From an uncultured Clostridia bacterium (GTDB lineage: Bacteria > Bacillota > DTU014): 64,000 nucleotides of DNA. Positions 47,496 through 56,937 of this stretch are shown one piece after another. The notes beneath the pieces are model-generated. The model was not told the DNA's origin, did not search any database, and saw only the letters and a program-made list of their open reading frames with translations. Numbering within the stretch: position 1 is the first letter of the stretch; each line of letters begins with the position of its first letter. A program made the translations under genes and the position numbers. The stretch is from NCBI GenBank assembly GCA_900016865.1, contig FIZI01000016.1:45304-109303 (forward strand), in the 5' to 3' direction.

Positions 47496-48359
47496 TCACA
47501 TTGTTGTCGCGCCCTGTGCACTTGGTTCTTGAGCAGAGGAAGTGGTAGTGAAGTAGTTGATCACGCCACGCGCCAGGGCTTCTGCTAGACGATAACGAAA
47601 AGCTTCGTCCTTCATCCTAGCCTTATCCGTGGGGTTGGACAGAAAACCTACCTCAACCAGTATCGTGGGCACCTGGGTCGCGTTGAGGACCAGCAGGTTT
47701 GACCGCGGCACGGGCTTTGAGTGGTTGAGGTCTGTAACAAGCGCAAGCTGGGAGATGATTTCGTCAGCCAGGGCTCTACCGGGATCTGACCCGGCTGCGT
47801 AGAGAACCATGGCTCCCTTTTGGTTTGGGTCGGAGCTAGAATTGACGTGGATACTTATGCCGATTTTTCCTTTGTTGGTCATACGCGCTCTCTGGTTGAG
47901 GTCAGCTAGGTGCCTGCCAGGTCTCAGCTGGCTCCATCCACTGCAATCCGTGTCAGTGCTGCGGGTCAGCCCAACCGAAATCCCATATCGAACAAGCATA
48001 TCTCGCACTTGCAGCGCGATCTGAAGCGTGATGTCCTTCTCCATAGTGTCGTGGTCATTGGCGCCTGGGTCCACTCCGCCGTGACCGGGATCAATTACTA
48101 CATCTACAGGAGTCCGAAGAATATGCCAACTCAAGACTGTCATTAGGCTGACTGTCTTTGGCAGGATTAGCAGGAGAGTCAATAGCAGTAATGAAAGGAT
48201 GGCTAGGCGTCTGCGGATGACCACTACCACTAAGCGCACAGGGTTCACCCCTCGGGTGATAGATCTCCTCGGCCAATATGTATTCCTTGCCGGGTACGTC
48301 CAATGCTGTTGGTCAACTGAACGGAAGCCGGATCTAATGGAAGCACATAGCTCGGTCAT
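47496..48359 (-). CDS. N-acetylmuramoyl-L-alanine amidase (Amidase_3; CwlD-like) with N-terminal TM
   Basis: VVIDPGHGGVDPGA, and an E in the NSSDPNQKGAMVLY region as in zinc amidase_3. An N-terminal membrane anchor is present. 287 aa. Confidence 0.8.
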   Translation of the reverse strand: MTELCASIRSGFRSVDQQHWTYPARNTYWPRRSITRGVNPVRLVVVVIRRRLAILSLLLLTLLLILPKTVSLMTVLSWHILRTPVDVVIDPGHGGVDPGANDHDTMEKDITLQIALQVRDMLVRYGISVGLTRSTDTDCSGWSQLRPGRHLADLNQRARMTNKGKIGISIHVNSSSDPNQKGAMVLYAAGSDPGRALADEIISQLALVTDLNHSKPVPRSNLLVLNATQVPTILVEVGFLSNPTDKARMKDEAFRYRLAEALARGVINYFTTTSSAQEPSAQGATTM

Positions 48360-48484
48360 GAAAGGGCGCGATCTTGTGGGAAAGATCGTATCAGACAGAT
48401 CTGCCGTATTGATCAGTGCATATCGGCTGTGGTAGCCTATTGACGGCGACAGTCACCCTGCAGTGACGTCGGAGGTGCCTACAC

Positions 48485-50251
48485 ATGCGGGTAATCGCTC
48501 GTGTCTATTCGGACTATGTCAGACGCTCGTGGCCGCTTCTTGCCATCGCCGTCTTGCTCGTTGTATGTGAGACGGTCATGAACGTGTACATGCCGCAGCT
48601 GTCCAAGGCCATGGTCGATGCCGCAGTCGGCACAGATGGGGTCGAGGCTGCCAGCCGGGTCTTGCTGTGGAAATCTTTGGTGTATACAGTGCTTGGCCTG
48701 ATCCGGTCTGTTGTCATCTTTTTTGAGATCTACCTCTTTGAGAGAGTCGCAGAGAACGTCTCGCTGAATGTCAGGCATGATCTTTACGACAAAGTCCAGA
48801 ATCTGAGTTTCGCTTTTCACAACAGATCACGCACAGGCGACTTAATGTCAAGGATGACAAGTGATGTGTACGCAGTGCGAGACATGTGTGGTTTTGGCGT
48901 CTCGATGCTGGCTTATGATGTGTTCATCATTGTTTCTGTTGTTGGCTGGATGATAGCGTACAACCCTGTTTATGCCTTGGCATCTCTGTTCTCCATGCCT
49001 CTCTTGGCGGTGTTCGCCATTAGGTACTCGGGCCGCTCAGGCCCGGTGTTTCGGTCTATCCAGGACCAGGTTGCGAGCATGACAGCTGCTGTACAGGAGA
49101 GTGTGTCCGGTATTCGTGTAGTGAAGGCGTTTGCTCAGGAGGATCAGGAGCGCGACAGGTTTGGCAAAGCGAACGACGCCGTGCTAAGAGACAATCTCAA
49201 GGCCGCGAAGATCAATGCGTTCTACCACCCGGCGATGGATTTCTGCGCCTCTCTGGGAACTGTGGGAGTCATATGGTGTGGAGGGCGCCTCTACGCTCAA
49301 GGAGCACTGACCGCCGGCGACATCACTGCCTTCTTGAGCTATTTGTGGATGTTGATTTGGCCTGTCCGTCAGATTGCAGCGATCATAAGGATTGCACAGC
49401 GCGGAATAGCAGGCGGGCAAAGGGTGTTTGAGATTCTCGATGCACGCGATCAGATAGCAAACAGGTCAGATGCAGAGCAGATCGCAGAAGTTGCCGGGCA
49501 TGTGCAGTTTTGCGATGTCGATTTCAGTTACGACTCAGAAGAAAAGGTGCTCGACGGCTTCTCTCTAGATATTCCGCCTGGATCTACAGTAGGGATCTTG
49601 GGTACAACGGGATCTGGCAAGAGCACAATCGGAGCACTGATACCAAGGTTTCACGACGTAGACTCCGGAGCAATACTCATTGACGGCAAGGACATCCGAG
49701 ACCTGGACATCCACTCGCTGCGCAGGCAAGTCGGGATCGTGCCCCAGGATACGTTTTTGTTCTCCACTTCGATACGTGAGAACATAGCTTACTATCAGCC
49801 TGACATAGAACTGGAGAGGGTGATCGCCGCTGCCAAGGCCGCCCAGATCCACGACTTTATCGAGTCGCTTCCTCAAGGCTACGATACAGTTGTTGGAGAG
49901 CGTGGCGTGGGCCTTTCTGGAGGACAGCGGCAGCGGGTAGCCATAGCCAGAGCTCTCGTCATGGACCCAAAGATACTCATTCTCGATGATTCTACTGCGA
50001 GTGTAGACGCTGAGACTGAGAGTATGATTCAGGAGTCTCTCAGAGAGATCGCGAAAGGCAGGACCACGATAATCATATCCCAGAAGGTATCCAGCGTCAG
50101 GTATGCCGACAGAATAGTGGTCTTGCGCAACGGGAAGATCATCGAACAGGGCACGCACGCAGAGCTCTACGCACTCGGCGGGTTTTACCGGCAGCTCTGT
50201 GATGCACAGGCGATGCCTTTGCAGCCTGCCCGCGAGGGGGTGGAGATCTAG
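48485..50251 (+). CDS. ABC exporter, fused permease/ATPase (type I, heterodimer subunit A)
   Basis: A six-TM N-domain plus an NBD (Walker A GTTGSGKST, signature LSGGQRQR, Walker B ILILDDSTASVD). 588 aa. Confidence 0.9.
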   Translation: MRVIARVYSDYVRRSWPLLAIAVLLVVCETVMNVYMPQLSKAMVDAAVGTDGVEAASRVLLWKSLVYTVLGLIRSVVIFFEIYLFERVAENVSLNVRHDLYDKVQNLSFAFHNRSRTGDLMSRMTSDVYAVRDMCGFGVSMLAYDVFIIVSVVGWMIAYNPVYALASLFSMPLLAVFAIRYSGRSGPVFRSIQDQVASMTAAVQESVSGIRVVKAFAQEDQERDRFGKANDAVLRDNLKAAKINAFYHPAMDFCASLGTVGVIWCGGRLYAQGALTAGDITAFLSYLWMLIWPVRQIAAIIRIAQRGIAGGQRVFEILDARDQIANRSDAEQIAEVAGHVQFCDVDFSYDSEEKVLDGFSLDIPPGSTVGILGTTGSGKSTIGALIPRFHDVDSGAILIDGKDIRDLDIHSLRRQVGIVPQDTFLFSTSIRENIAYYQPDIELERVIAAAKAAQIHDFIESLPQGYDTVVGERGVGLSGGQRQRVAIARALVMDPKILILDDSTASVDAETESMIQESLREIAKGRTTIIISQKVSSVRYADRIVVLRNGKIIEQGTHAELYALGGFYRQLCDAQAMPLQPAREGVEI

Positions 50252-52035
50252 TGGCTTATCAGCAGGAAGAAACAACTGAGAAAAGATTCGATCCGCAGAT
50301 TGCCCGCAGGATACTCAGCTATCTAAGGCCGTGTGTCAAACAGCTGGCCCTCTCAGTCGTCCTGGTGCTCGTTGGATCTCTGATCTCACTGATAGGGCCT
50401 CTAGTGACGCGCTCGGCAGTCGATGATTACATAATGGTAGGAGATATGACGGGCCTCAACATCCTTGTACTCGCGTGGCTCGGCATACTGTGTGCCAACT
50501 GGTTCGTCTCGTATTGGCGCATGTACACGATGTCGTGGATAGGCCAGACTGTGGTTCATTCGATAAGGAAAGAGCTGTTTGACCATCTCATGAAGCTTTC
50601 GTTCGACTACTACGACAAAGTGCCTGTTGGAAAGACTATCACCAGGTTCACTAGCGACGTCGATTCACTAAACGAACTACTGACCGGCGGTGTAGTCACA
50701 CTGGTCAGTGAGAGTGCAGTCTTGATTGGAATCATGGGCATCATGCTGAGCCTGGACACTAGACTAGCATTGCTCTGCTTTACGGTAATCCCTGTGCTGG
50801 TCTATCTGACGACCGGCTTCAGAGCCAAGATAGTCAGTGCAGAGAGGGATGAGAGAAGCAAGACTTCAGAAATGAACGCCTATCTGCAGGAGAATATCTC
50901 AGGTGTTCGGGTAGTCCAGGCGTTTTGTAGAGAGGGACTGAATCTCAAGCGGTTTGATAAAATCAGCAGGGCGGTCTTTGACGCTGCGATGAGGGTAGTG
51001 TATCTGTTCTCGTATTTCTGGCCCTTTGTCGATATGACGGCAGTGGTTGGGACTGTTGTGGTGTTGTGGTACGGCGGACTCCAGGTGGCACACGGGACAC
51101 TGTCCTTGGGCACCCTAGTTGCTTTTATCGCGTACGTCGGCCAGTTTTTCGGCCCCATACGAAATCTCAGTCAGATATACCGCATGGTGCAGCGGGCGAT
51201 GGCTGGAGGAGAACGCATATTCCGCTTGCTTGATACTGAGATATCGATCAAAGACAAGCCTGATGCCATAGAGTTGCCGCCAATCAAGGGTGCTGTCGAG
51301 TTTAAGGATGTGTACTTCGCGTACGAGGGCGATGATCATGTGATCAAGGGACTTAACCTCAGTGTGAGGCCCGGAGAGACAATAGCTATTGTCGGCCAGA
51401 CTGGTGCAGGAAAGACATCGATCATCAACCTGCTCTCGCGTCTCTATGACGTGAATGCGGGTAGCATTCTTGTAGACGGCTACGATATAAGGAACGTGAC
51501 CTTGGCGTCACTCAGAAGGCAGGTCGCCGTAGTGCTGCAAGAACCCTTCTTGTTCGCAGGCAGCATCAAGGATAACCTCCGATACGGAAGGCCCGAGGCC
51601 ACAGACGGTGAGATATATGAGGTTTGCAGGCAACTGGGAATAGACGATTTCATACGGAAGCTTCCGAAAGGATACGACACCGAGGTGGGAGAACGCGGCT
51701 CGAAGCTGTCGTCTGGGCAACGCCAGTTGGTGTCGTTCGCCCGGGCTTTGCTCGCTAGGCCGGCGATTCTGGTGTTGGATGAGGCTACTGCCAGTGTTGA
51801 TACGTACACCGAGCGACTGATACAGGAGGCTCTTCGCGAGCTTCTAAAGGGAAGAACATCCTTTGTCATAGCTCACAGGCTTTCGACCATACAGGAAGCA
51901 AACCGTATAATAGTGATCGACGACGGAAACGTTGTCGAAGAGGGAACTCACGAGCAGCTCATTCGAGCAAGGGGCAGGTACTATCATCTATACATGATGC
52001 AGTTCTCTAGCATGGCAAGCAGGGAGGTATCCTAA
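50251..52035 (+). CDS. ABC exporter, fused permease/ATPase (heterodimer subunit B)
   Basis: A six-TM domain plus an NBD (GQTGAGKTS, LSSGQRQL, LVLDEATASVD). The start overlaps the previous stop (ATGTGA-type coupling). 594 aa. Confidence 0.9.
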   Translation: MAYQQEETTEKRFDPQIARRILSYLRPCVKQLALSVVLVLVGSLISLIGPLVTRSAVDDYIMVGDMTGLNILVLAWLGILCANWFVSYWRMYTMSWIGQTVVHSIRKELFDHLMKLSFDYYDKVPVGKTITRFTSDVDSLNELLTGGVVTLVSESAVLIGIMGIMLSLDTRLALLCFTVIPVLVYLTTGFRAKIVSAERDERSKTSEMNAYLQENISGVRVVQAFCREGLNLKRFDKISRAVFDAAMRVVYLFSYFWPFVDMTAVVGTVVVLWYGGLQVAHGTLSLGTLVAFIAYVGQFFGPIRNLSQIYRMVQRAMAGGERIFRLLDTEISIKDKPDAIELPPIKGAVEFKDVYFAYEGDDHVIKGLNLSVRPGETIAIVGQTGAGKTSIINLLSRLYDVNAGSILVDGYDIRNVTLASLRRQVAVVLQEPFLFAGSIKDNLRYGRPEATDGEIYEVCRQLGIDDFIRKLPKGYDTEVGERGSKLSSGQRQLVSFARALLARPAILVLDEATASVDTYTERLIQEALRELLKGRTSFVIAHRLSTIQEANRIIVIDDGNVVEEGTHEQLIRARGRYYHLYMMQFSSMASREVS

Positions 52036-52056
52036 CGTCAACGACACATCTATGGA

Positions 52057-53766
52057 TTGGGACTGGGAGGTGTTGGAGTGGACAAGCGGGCTTCAGTAAC
52101 AGTGCGATTTAACGACGGAAGGACCCGAGTGGTCGAGGTCGGGTCCGCTTTGATGGATGTGGTGAAGGACGCACATACAGTCTCGGGGCTGACACCTCTG
52201 GCTGCGAGGTTGGACAATACAATCCGCAGTCTGCATGCGACCGTCGAGTCCGACGCGCTGGTTGAGCCTATAGACCTCTCTTCTGAAGACGGAGAACGCG
52301 TCTATTGGCGCAGCCTCACTGTTGTGATGGCCAGGGCTGTCCGTCAGTTGAGGCCTGAGGCAGACTTAAGAGTTGAGCACTCACTCAACCACGGCATATA
52401 TTGTGAGCTCGTCGATAGAGAGGGGGCTGTTCTGTCTGTTACCGACAGGGATGTTCGTTCTATCGCCTCTGCGATGAGAGAGCTGATCGAAGCGGACGAA
52501 CCGTTCACCCCTCTAGAGACTACTGCATCAGAGGCAGCTAGGTTGCTGCGCCAACATGGCCACGCAGACAAGGCCGACTTGATTGCATCCGGCCTTAAAC
52601 CTTCTGCCAAGGTTCGCCTGTTCCAATACGGCGGCGATGTAGACTGCTATTATGGGGACTTAGTACCGTCTACCGGCTATCTCAAGCAGTTCTCGCTCAG
52701 ATACTACCTGCCAGGGATGATCTTGCTATATCCCCGGAGGTATGATCCACATCACCTGCCCAAGTTCGAAGAGCAAAGAAAGCTGTCCAGGGTTTTCTAC
52801 AGATCGAGTGTGTTGGGACGCACGATGGGCGTCACAGACATAAGGTCGTTGAACAGGGCGATAGAAGAGGGACGAATCTGTGACTTGGTTGCTCTCAACG
52901 AGGCGGTCCATGAGCGCGACATCGCCCGGATAGCGGATGAGATAGCAGCAAATCGAGATCAGATTGGGTTGGTGCTCATAGCAGGACCTTCCTCCTCGGG
53001 CAAGACGACGTTTGCACAGCGGCTGTCCCTGCACCTCAGGTTGAACGGCATCGCACCTCATCCTATCTCGATGGACGACTACTTCGTTGAGAGAAGCCAG
53101 ACGCCAAAGGATGAGAGCGGCCAGCCGGATTTTGAGTCTATCTATGCAATCGACCTCGATTTGTTCAACGAGCAGCTGTCCAGGCTGATGACAGGTGATG
53201 AGGTGTCACTGCCGACGTTCAACTTCCAGACCGGCGAGCGCGAGTACAGGGGGCGTAAGCTCAGGCTCACCGAAAACAGCCTGCTCGTTGTTGAGGGGAT
53301 ACACGGCCTCAATGATGAGTTGACTTCTGCGATCCCCAGAGAGCGCAAGTACAGGATATATGTCAGCGCATTGACTCAACTCAATGTGGATGTCAACACC
53401 AGGATCCAGACGACTGACACGAGGCTGATCCGTAGGATCGTGCGCGATAGCGTCTCACGCGGTCACTCCGCCAGTCGCACCCTGGAACTCTGGGACGCGG
53501 TTAGGAGAGGGGAGCAGAGGAATATATTCCCGTATCAGGAGCAGGCAGACGTGATGTTTGACTCGGCTCTTGCTTACGAGCTCGCAGTACTGAGGCCGTT
53601 GATTGAGCCTCTTCTCAAGGCGATTCCTCGTGAAGACAGAGGGTATGCCCAGGCAGAACGCCTTCTTTCGTTCATACAGCTGGTCAGGCCAATGACGGAT
53701 ACGTCGTCCATACCCCCGACGTCAATACTCAGAGAGTTCGTCGGAGGCAGTTGCTTTGCCGTCTGA
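52057..53766 (+). CDS. Uridine-kinase/PRK-family P-loop nucleoside kinase with N-terminal ThrRS-like (TGS-type) extension
   Basis: The C-terminal half has the P-loop IAGPSSSGKTTFAQRL and a Udk-like fold. The N-terminal roughly 270 aa resemble the threonyl-tRNA-synthetase N-terminal domains found fused to Udk-like kinases in Clostridia. 569 aa. Confidence 0.65.
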   Translation: MGLGGVGVDKRASVTVRFNDGRTRVVEVGSALMDVVKDAHTVSGLTPLAARLDNTIRSLHATVESDALVEPIDLSSEDGERVYWRSLTVVMARAVRQLRPEADLRVEHSLNHGIYCELVDREGAVLSVTDRDVRSIASAMRELIEADEPFTPLETTASEAARLLRQHGHADKADLIASGLKPSAKVRLFQYGGDVDCYYGDLVPSTGYLKQFSLRYYLPGMILLYPRRYDPHHLPKFEEQRKLSRVFYRSSVLGRTMGVTDIRSLNRAIEEGRICDLVALNEAVHERDIARIADEIAANRDQIGLVLIAGPSSSGKTTFAQRLSLHLRLNGIAPHPISMDDYFVERSQTPKDESGQPDFESIYAIDLDLFNEQLSRLMTGDEVSLPTFNFQTGEREYRGRKLRLTENSLLVVEGIHGLNDELTSAIPRERKYRIYVSALTQLNVDVNTRIQTTDTRLIRRIVRDSVSRGHSASRTLELWDAVRRGEQRNIFPYQEQADVMFDSALAYELAVLRPLIEPLLKAIPREDRGYAQAERLLSFIQLVRPMTDTSSIPPTSILREFVGGSCFAV

Positions 53767-53804
53767 CCTGTGCTATATTGTATTGCGCAGCTCTCGACTG
53801 AGGG

Positions 53805-54272
53805 ATGGATATGGCACTGCAATCAGATATGGATGAGACCTTTATGCTCAGCGCACTTGAGCAAGCTGAAAGATCGGCTGCAATGGGAGAGGTTCCGGTA
53901 GGGGCAGTGATAGTCAAAGACGGGAGAATCATTGCCGTCGGGTGCAACATGAAGGAGACAACCAACGATCCAACGGCTCATGCAGAGATCCAGGCGATTC
54001 GGGCTGCTGCAAAAGCGCTGCAGAGCTGGCGGTTGCTCGATACGACGATGTATGTTACACTAGAGCCGTGCGTGATGTGTTGCGGAGCCCTGGTCCATGC
54101 CAGAGTCAGGCGGCTTGTGTATGGAGCACCGGACCCCAAGTCAGGCGCAGTGGATTCGTTGTTTAACATCGTCACAGACGAGAGACTGAACCACAGGCTC
54201 GAGGTTAGGGGAGGGGTCCTAGCGCAGCGGTGTGGAGACTTGCTGAGAGAGTTTTTCCGCAACAAGAGATAG
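53805..54272 (+). CDS. tadA: tRNA-specific adenosine deaminase
   Basis: CDA zinc motifs HAEIQAIR and PCVMCCGA. 155 aa. Confidence 0.9.
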   Translation: MDMALQSDMDETFMLSALEQAERSAAMGEVPVGAVIVKDGRIIAVGCNMKETTNDPTAHAEIQAIRAAAKALQSWRLLDTTMYVTLEPCVMCCGALVHARVRRLVYGAPDPKSGAVDSLFNIVTDERLNHRLEVRGGVLAQRCGDLLREFFRNKR

Positions 54273-54293
54273 GCAAGCCGCAAGAGCGGCTGG

Positions 54294-54322
54294 TTGAACA
54301 CGCGAAAACACAGCCATATATG
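54294..54322 (+). promoter_or_regulatory. Candidate promoter for tRNA-Ser(CGA)
   Basis: TTGAAC-N17-TATATG, about 12 nt upstream of the tRNA. Confidence 0.4.
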
Positions 54323-54334
54323 GCGTGTATATAC

Positions 54335-54424
54335 GGAGAGATGGCTGAGTTGGTCGAAAGCGCTCGACTCGAAATCGAGTAGGCGGTTCCCGCCTCCTGG
54401 GTTCGAATCCCAGTCTCTCCGCCA
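54335..54424 (+). tRNA. tRNA-Ser (anticodon CGA)
   Basis: Acceptor ggagaga/tctctcc, anticodon stem ctcga/tcgag with loop cuCGAaa, a long variable arm, T arm ctggg-ttcgaat-cccag and CCA. Confidence 0.85.
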
Positions 54425-54428
54425 GATA

Positions 54429-54466
54429 GAGCAGGGGTTCTGTCGATGACGACAGAACCCCTGCTT
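54429..54466 (+). repeat. Hairpin repeat copy 1 (14-bp stem gcaggggttctgtc / gacagaacccctgc, 6-nt loop); possible tRNA terminator
   Basis: A perfect 14-bp inverted repeat immediately after tRNA-Ser, followed by a weak ttcgttt tract. Confidence 0.6.
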
Positions 54467-54816
54467 CGTTTCGCGTAGCCGGCGCTTCTTTGGCGCGTCA
54501 TTAACTGTGTTTGCAACAAGGACCAGCTCCCCTTTAGAGAGAATATGCCAGCAGGACATATGCTAGTTCGTGTAACCCACTAGCATCGTGCTAAAGGAGG
54601 CCGATATCGGCATGATAGCACTCTTGGGCATAGGTAGGTGACGGAAAGAGGGGCTGCTGAGGACGACACTGCTGTGGCTGGCAGTGTCAGCTGCGTTGCT
54701 ATGCGCCATTCCGCCGGTGCGAGCTCTGGGTGCCGTTTCCTTTTGTGGTCTATACCGGATGGGACGTGAGGCATGTGACGGCGGTGGCGGGGCAGTAGGC
54801 GGACTAGCTAGGTTGA

Positions 54817-54850
54817 GCAGGGGCTTTGTCAATAGCGACAGAGCCCCTGC
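54817..54850 (+). repeat. Hairpin repeat copy 2 (gcaggggctttgtc / gacagagcccctgc, 6-nt loop)
   Basis: A near-identical hairpin 386 nt downstream of copy 1. One stem position differs and carries a compensatory change that preserves pairing (U-A becomes U-G/C-G covariation). Confidence 0.6.
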
Positions 54851-54992
54851 GTAGCGTCTGCCTGTAGTGCGACTCAATTGGTTGAGGCGAAAGGGCGGGA
54901 GCCACAAATCGATTCGCGGAGTTCGAATCCGGCCAAGCGAATCCCGCATCTAGGGCTCGAAGTATAGACTCATTCTGTCTCTGAGTAGAAGG

Positions 54993-55415
54993 CTATTGGA
55001 TGTCGATGGGTGTTTGATACTCACCCTCGCTATCTTGTGGCTGGGCAGGGACGTACTTCAGTACTCCAACCACAAGGCCAATGGACGCGATTAAGAACAG
55101 GTAGGCGCCGCTTGCGGCCATGTTGACCGTCTCACCGAAGAGCTCCACTGACTTGTCGGCTATGTAGGCGAACGTAAACACGACCGATGCGATTGCGCAT
55201 GCCAAGCCCCAACCTCGCCTGATTTGCCTGTTTTGAAGTAGCATAAGCACCGGGTAGATCCATAACACCAGAAGCAAGAAGGCCTGCTGAGTAAGGCCGC
55301 TCTGCGAAGCTATGCCTATGTCCACCCAATCCATGAACATAGATATAACCGCTGCGCACGCCGACGCGAATATGATCTTTCCTCCACTGTTCCAATAGTT
55401 CCAATCGATTTTCAC
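54993..55415 (-). CDS. Hypothetical integral membrane protein
   Basis: 140 aa, four predicted TM helices, no motifs. Confidence 0.5.
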   Translation of the reverse strand: MKIDWNYWNSGGKIIFASACAAVISMFMDWVDIGIASQSGLTQQAFLLLVLWIYPVLMLLQNRQIRRGWGLACAIASVVFTFAYIADKSVELFGETVNMAASGAYLFLIASIGLVVGVLKYVPAQPQDSEGEYQTPIDIQ

Positions 55416-55758
55416 TGCTCATCCTCCCCTATGTCTGGATGCATGTAGGCGGTTAGGCAAGTGCTGCGCTCGCTCAGGCAGTTGCCAACCGACTTCACGT
55501 ATTCTGAGGGGAGCAACTGAAATCCTGCCGTAACTATTTTCGTTCAGCAATGAATCGGTCGTCTCTGAGCACAGGCAGCAGAGACACATCCATGCATGAA
55601 GGAAAGAACTTGATCTAGAACGGGCTAAGTAGGATAATCAAACAGGACCAATTGAACAGCCGAGTCACGGACCCTGTTTGCAGACTACTTGCGAAAACCG
55701 CACCTGACTGGTAGCGACTTGGGCCGGTACGACGCTGATCGACGAAAGGGGTGCCAAC

Positions 55759-56832
55759 ATGTGCATGACCATCTGGCGTAAGACAGCAAGCCCGGCTCTG
55801 CTGATGTTGATCTGTCTGGCGTTCTTGTTTGCCACCTCAGAGGCCGTGACACTAGCCGACGAACAGCAGATTGAGAGCAATCGATTGGCTTACGATGCCC
55901 TGCGAAGGGCGGTGCTAGAGTCCTACTCTTACCGCGACAGGCTGGAGCTGGATTGGGAGGCCTTGTTTGACGCTCATCGAGACTCCTTGCTGTCGGCTTC
56001 GTCCAATCGAGCTTTCGCAATCCAAGCGGCCAAGCTGCTCTCTAATGCCAAAGATCCACATATGTGGCTCGTTGTAGATGGCAATGTCGTGGCAACCTAC
56101 AGCAGGCCTGCTCATGTCAACGTTGCATTGCCAACGCTCGTGAAGATCCTTGGGCCGGGTCAAATCGTTCAGTGGTCAGGCGGTGTAATCAGTAGCCGGA
56201 TTGGAGACGTAGGGTACATCCTCATCGCATCATGGGTTGATAACCCTACAACCGATCCTTTGAAGGCGATAGACGCGCTCAGGTCGCTATCCGGTTTGCC
56301 TGCGTTGATCATTGATGTCAGAGTCAACTCCGGTGGCAATGAGTTCTTGGCCCAACAGTTCGCTGGGTGCTTCGCAGACACAGCTGTACCATACGCGCAG
56401 GCGGCAATCAACGACCCCGCTGACCCGAAGACAGGATGGTTTGGCAAGATCGTCACTAGGACCCTGGAGCCAAATACCTCAGGCCCGGCGTACAGAGGCA
56501 AGGTGTTCGTGTTGACCGGAAACGGTGTTATGAGCAGTTGCGAAGGGTTTCTCCTGATGATGCGGGCGACAGGAGCGACGCTTGTAGGTGATACCTCTGC
56601 TGGCAGCTCGGGAAACCCACAGCCATACCCTCTTGGCAACGGGGTTGAAGTATACGTCCCCTCGTGGCAGGACATGGACATGAACGGTGTGGTGCTTGAA
56701 GGCAGGGGAATCGACCCGGATGTCTTCGTGTACACCGAACCAGGCGACTTCGCCGAAAGAGATCCTGTGTTGGAGGAAGCATTGCGCCTGGCCAAGGAAG
56801 CCATAAAGGGCTTGACCGATGGGGACAGTTAG
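55759..56832 (+). CDS. S41-family serine peptidase (C-terminal-processing/tricorn-core-like), secreted
   Basis: An N-terminal signal peptide and a tail-specific-protease-like core (VLTGNGVMSSCEGF region; K later). 357 aa. Confidence 0.65.
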   Translation: MCMTIWRKTASPALLMLICLAFLFATSEAVTLADEQQIESNRLAYDALRRAVLESYSYRDRLELDWEALFDAHRDSLLSASSNRAFAIQAAKLLSNAKDPHMWLVVDGNVVATYSRPAHVNVALPTLVKILGPGQIVQWSGGVISSRIGDVGYILIASWVDNPTTDPLKAIDALRSLSGLPALIIDVRVNSGGNEFLAQQFAGCFADTAVPYAQAAINDPADPKTGWFGKIVTRTLEPNTSGPAYRGKVFVLTGNGVMSSCEGFLLMMRATGATLVGDTSAGSSGNPQPYPLGNGVEVYVPSWQDMDMNGVVLEGRGIDPDVFVYTEPGDFAERDPVLEEALRLAKEAIKGLTDGDS

Positions 56833-56937
56833 GGACATTGACGCCACCAGTTCGGTTGTGATCTTGGATGAACTTCTGTATGATTAAGAGTGAGACTGAT
56901 CTAGGATACAGAGGCATACCGAAGGGATAAGCGTGCA

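Noticed and set aside
54563-54949. 128-aa reverse ORF in the hairpin-repeat non-coding region
   Set aside because: Its translation is P/R/S/A-rich low complexity with no start context. The region is better explained as non-coding structured DNA/RNA.
54861-54950. tRNA-like fragment (GTTCGAATCC motif) as an att-site remnant of tRNA-Ser(CGA)
   Set aside because: The flanking sequence does not match the 3' end of the upstream tRNA-Ser (cctgggttcgaatcccagtctctcc), and no convincing acceptor or T stem can be built. It is probably coincidental or too decayed to call.
54425-54990. Possible SRP (scRNA/4.5S) RNA gene expected after tadA by analogy with Bacillus
   Set aside because: I could not find the conserved domain-IV motif (AGGUCCGGAAGGAAGCAGC-like) on either strand. 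The region is retained as an unassigned structured region in findings rather than called as SRP RNA.
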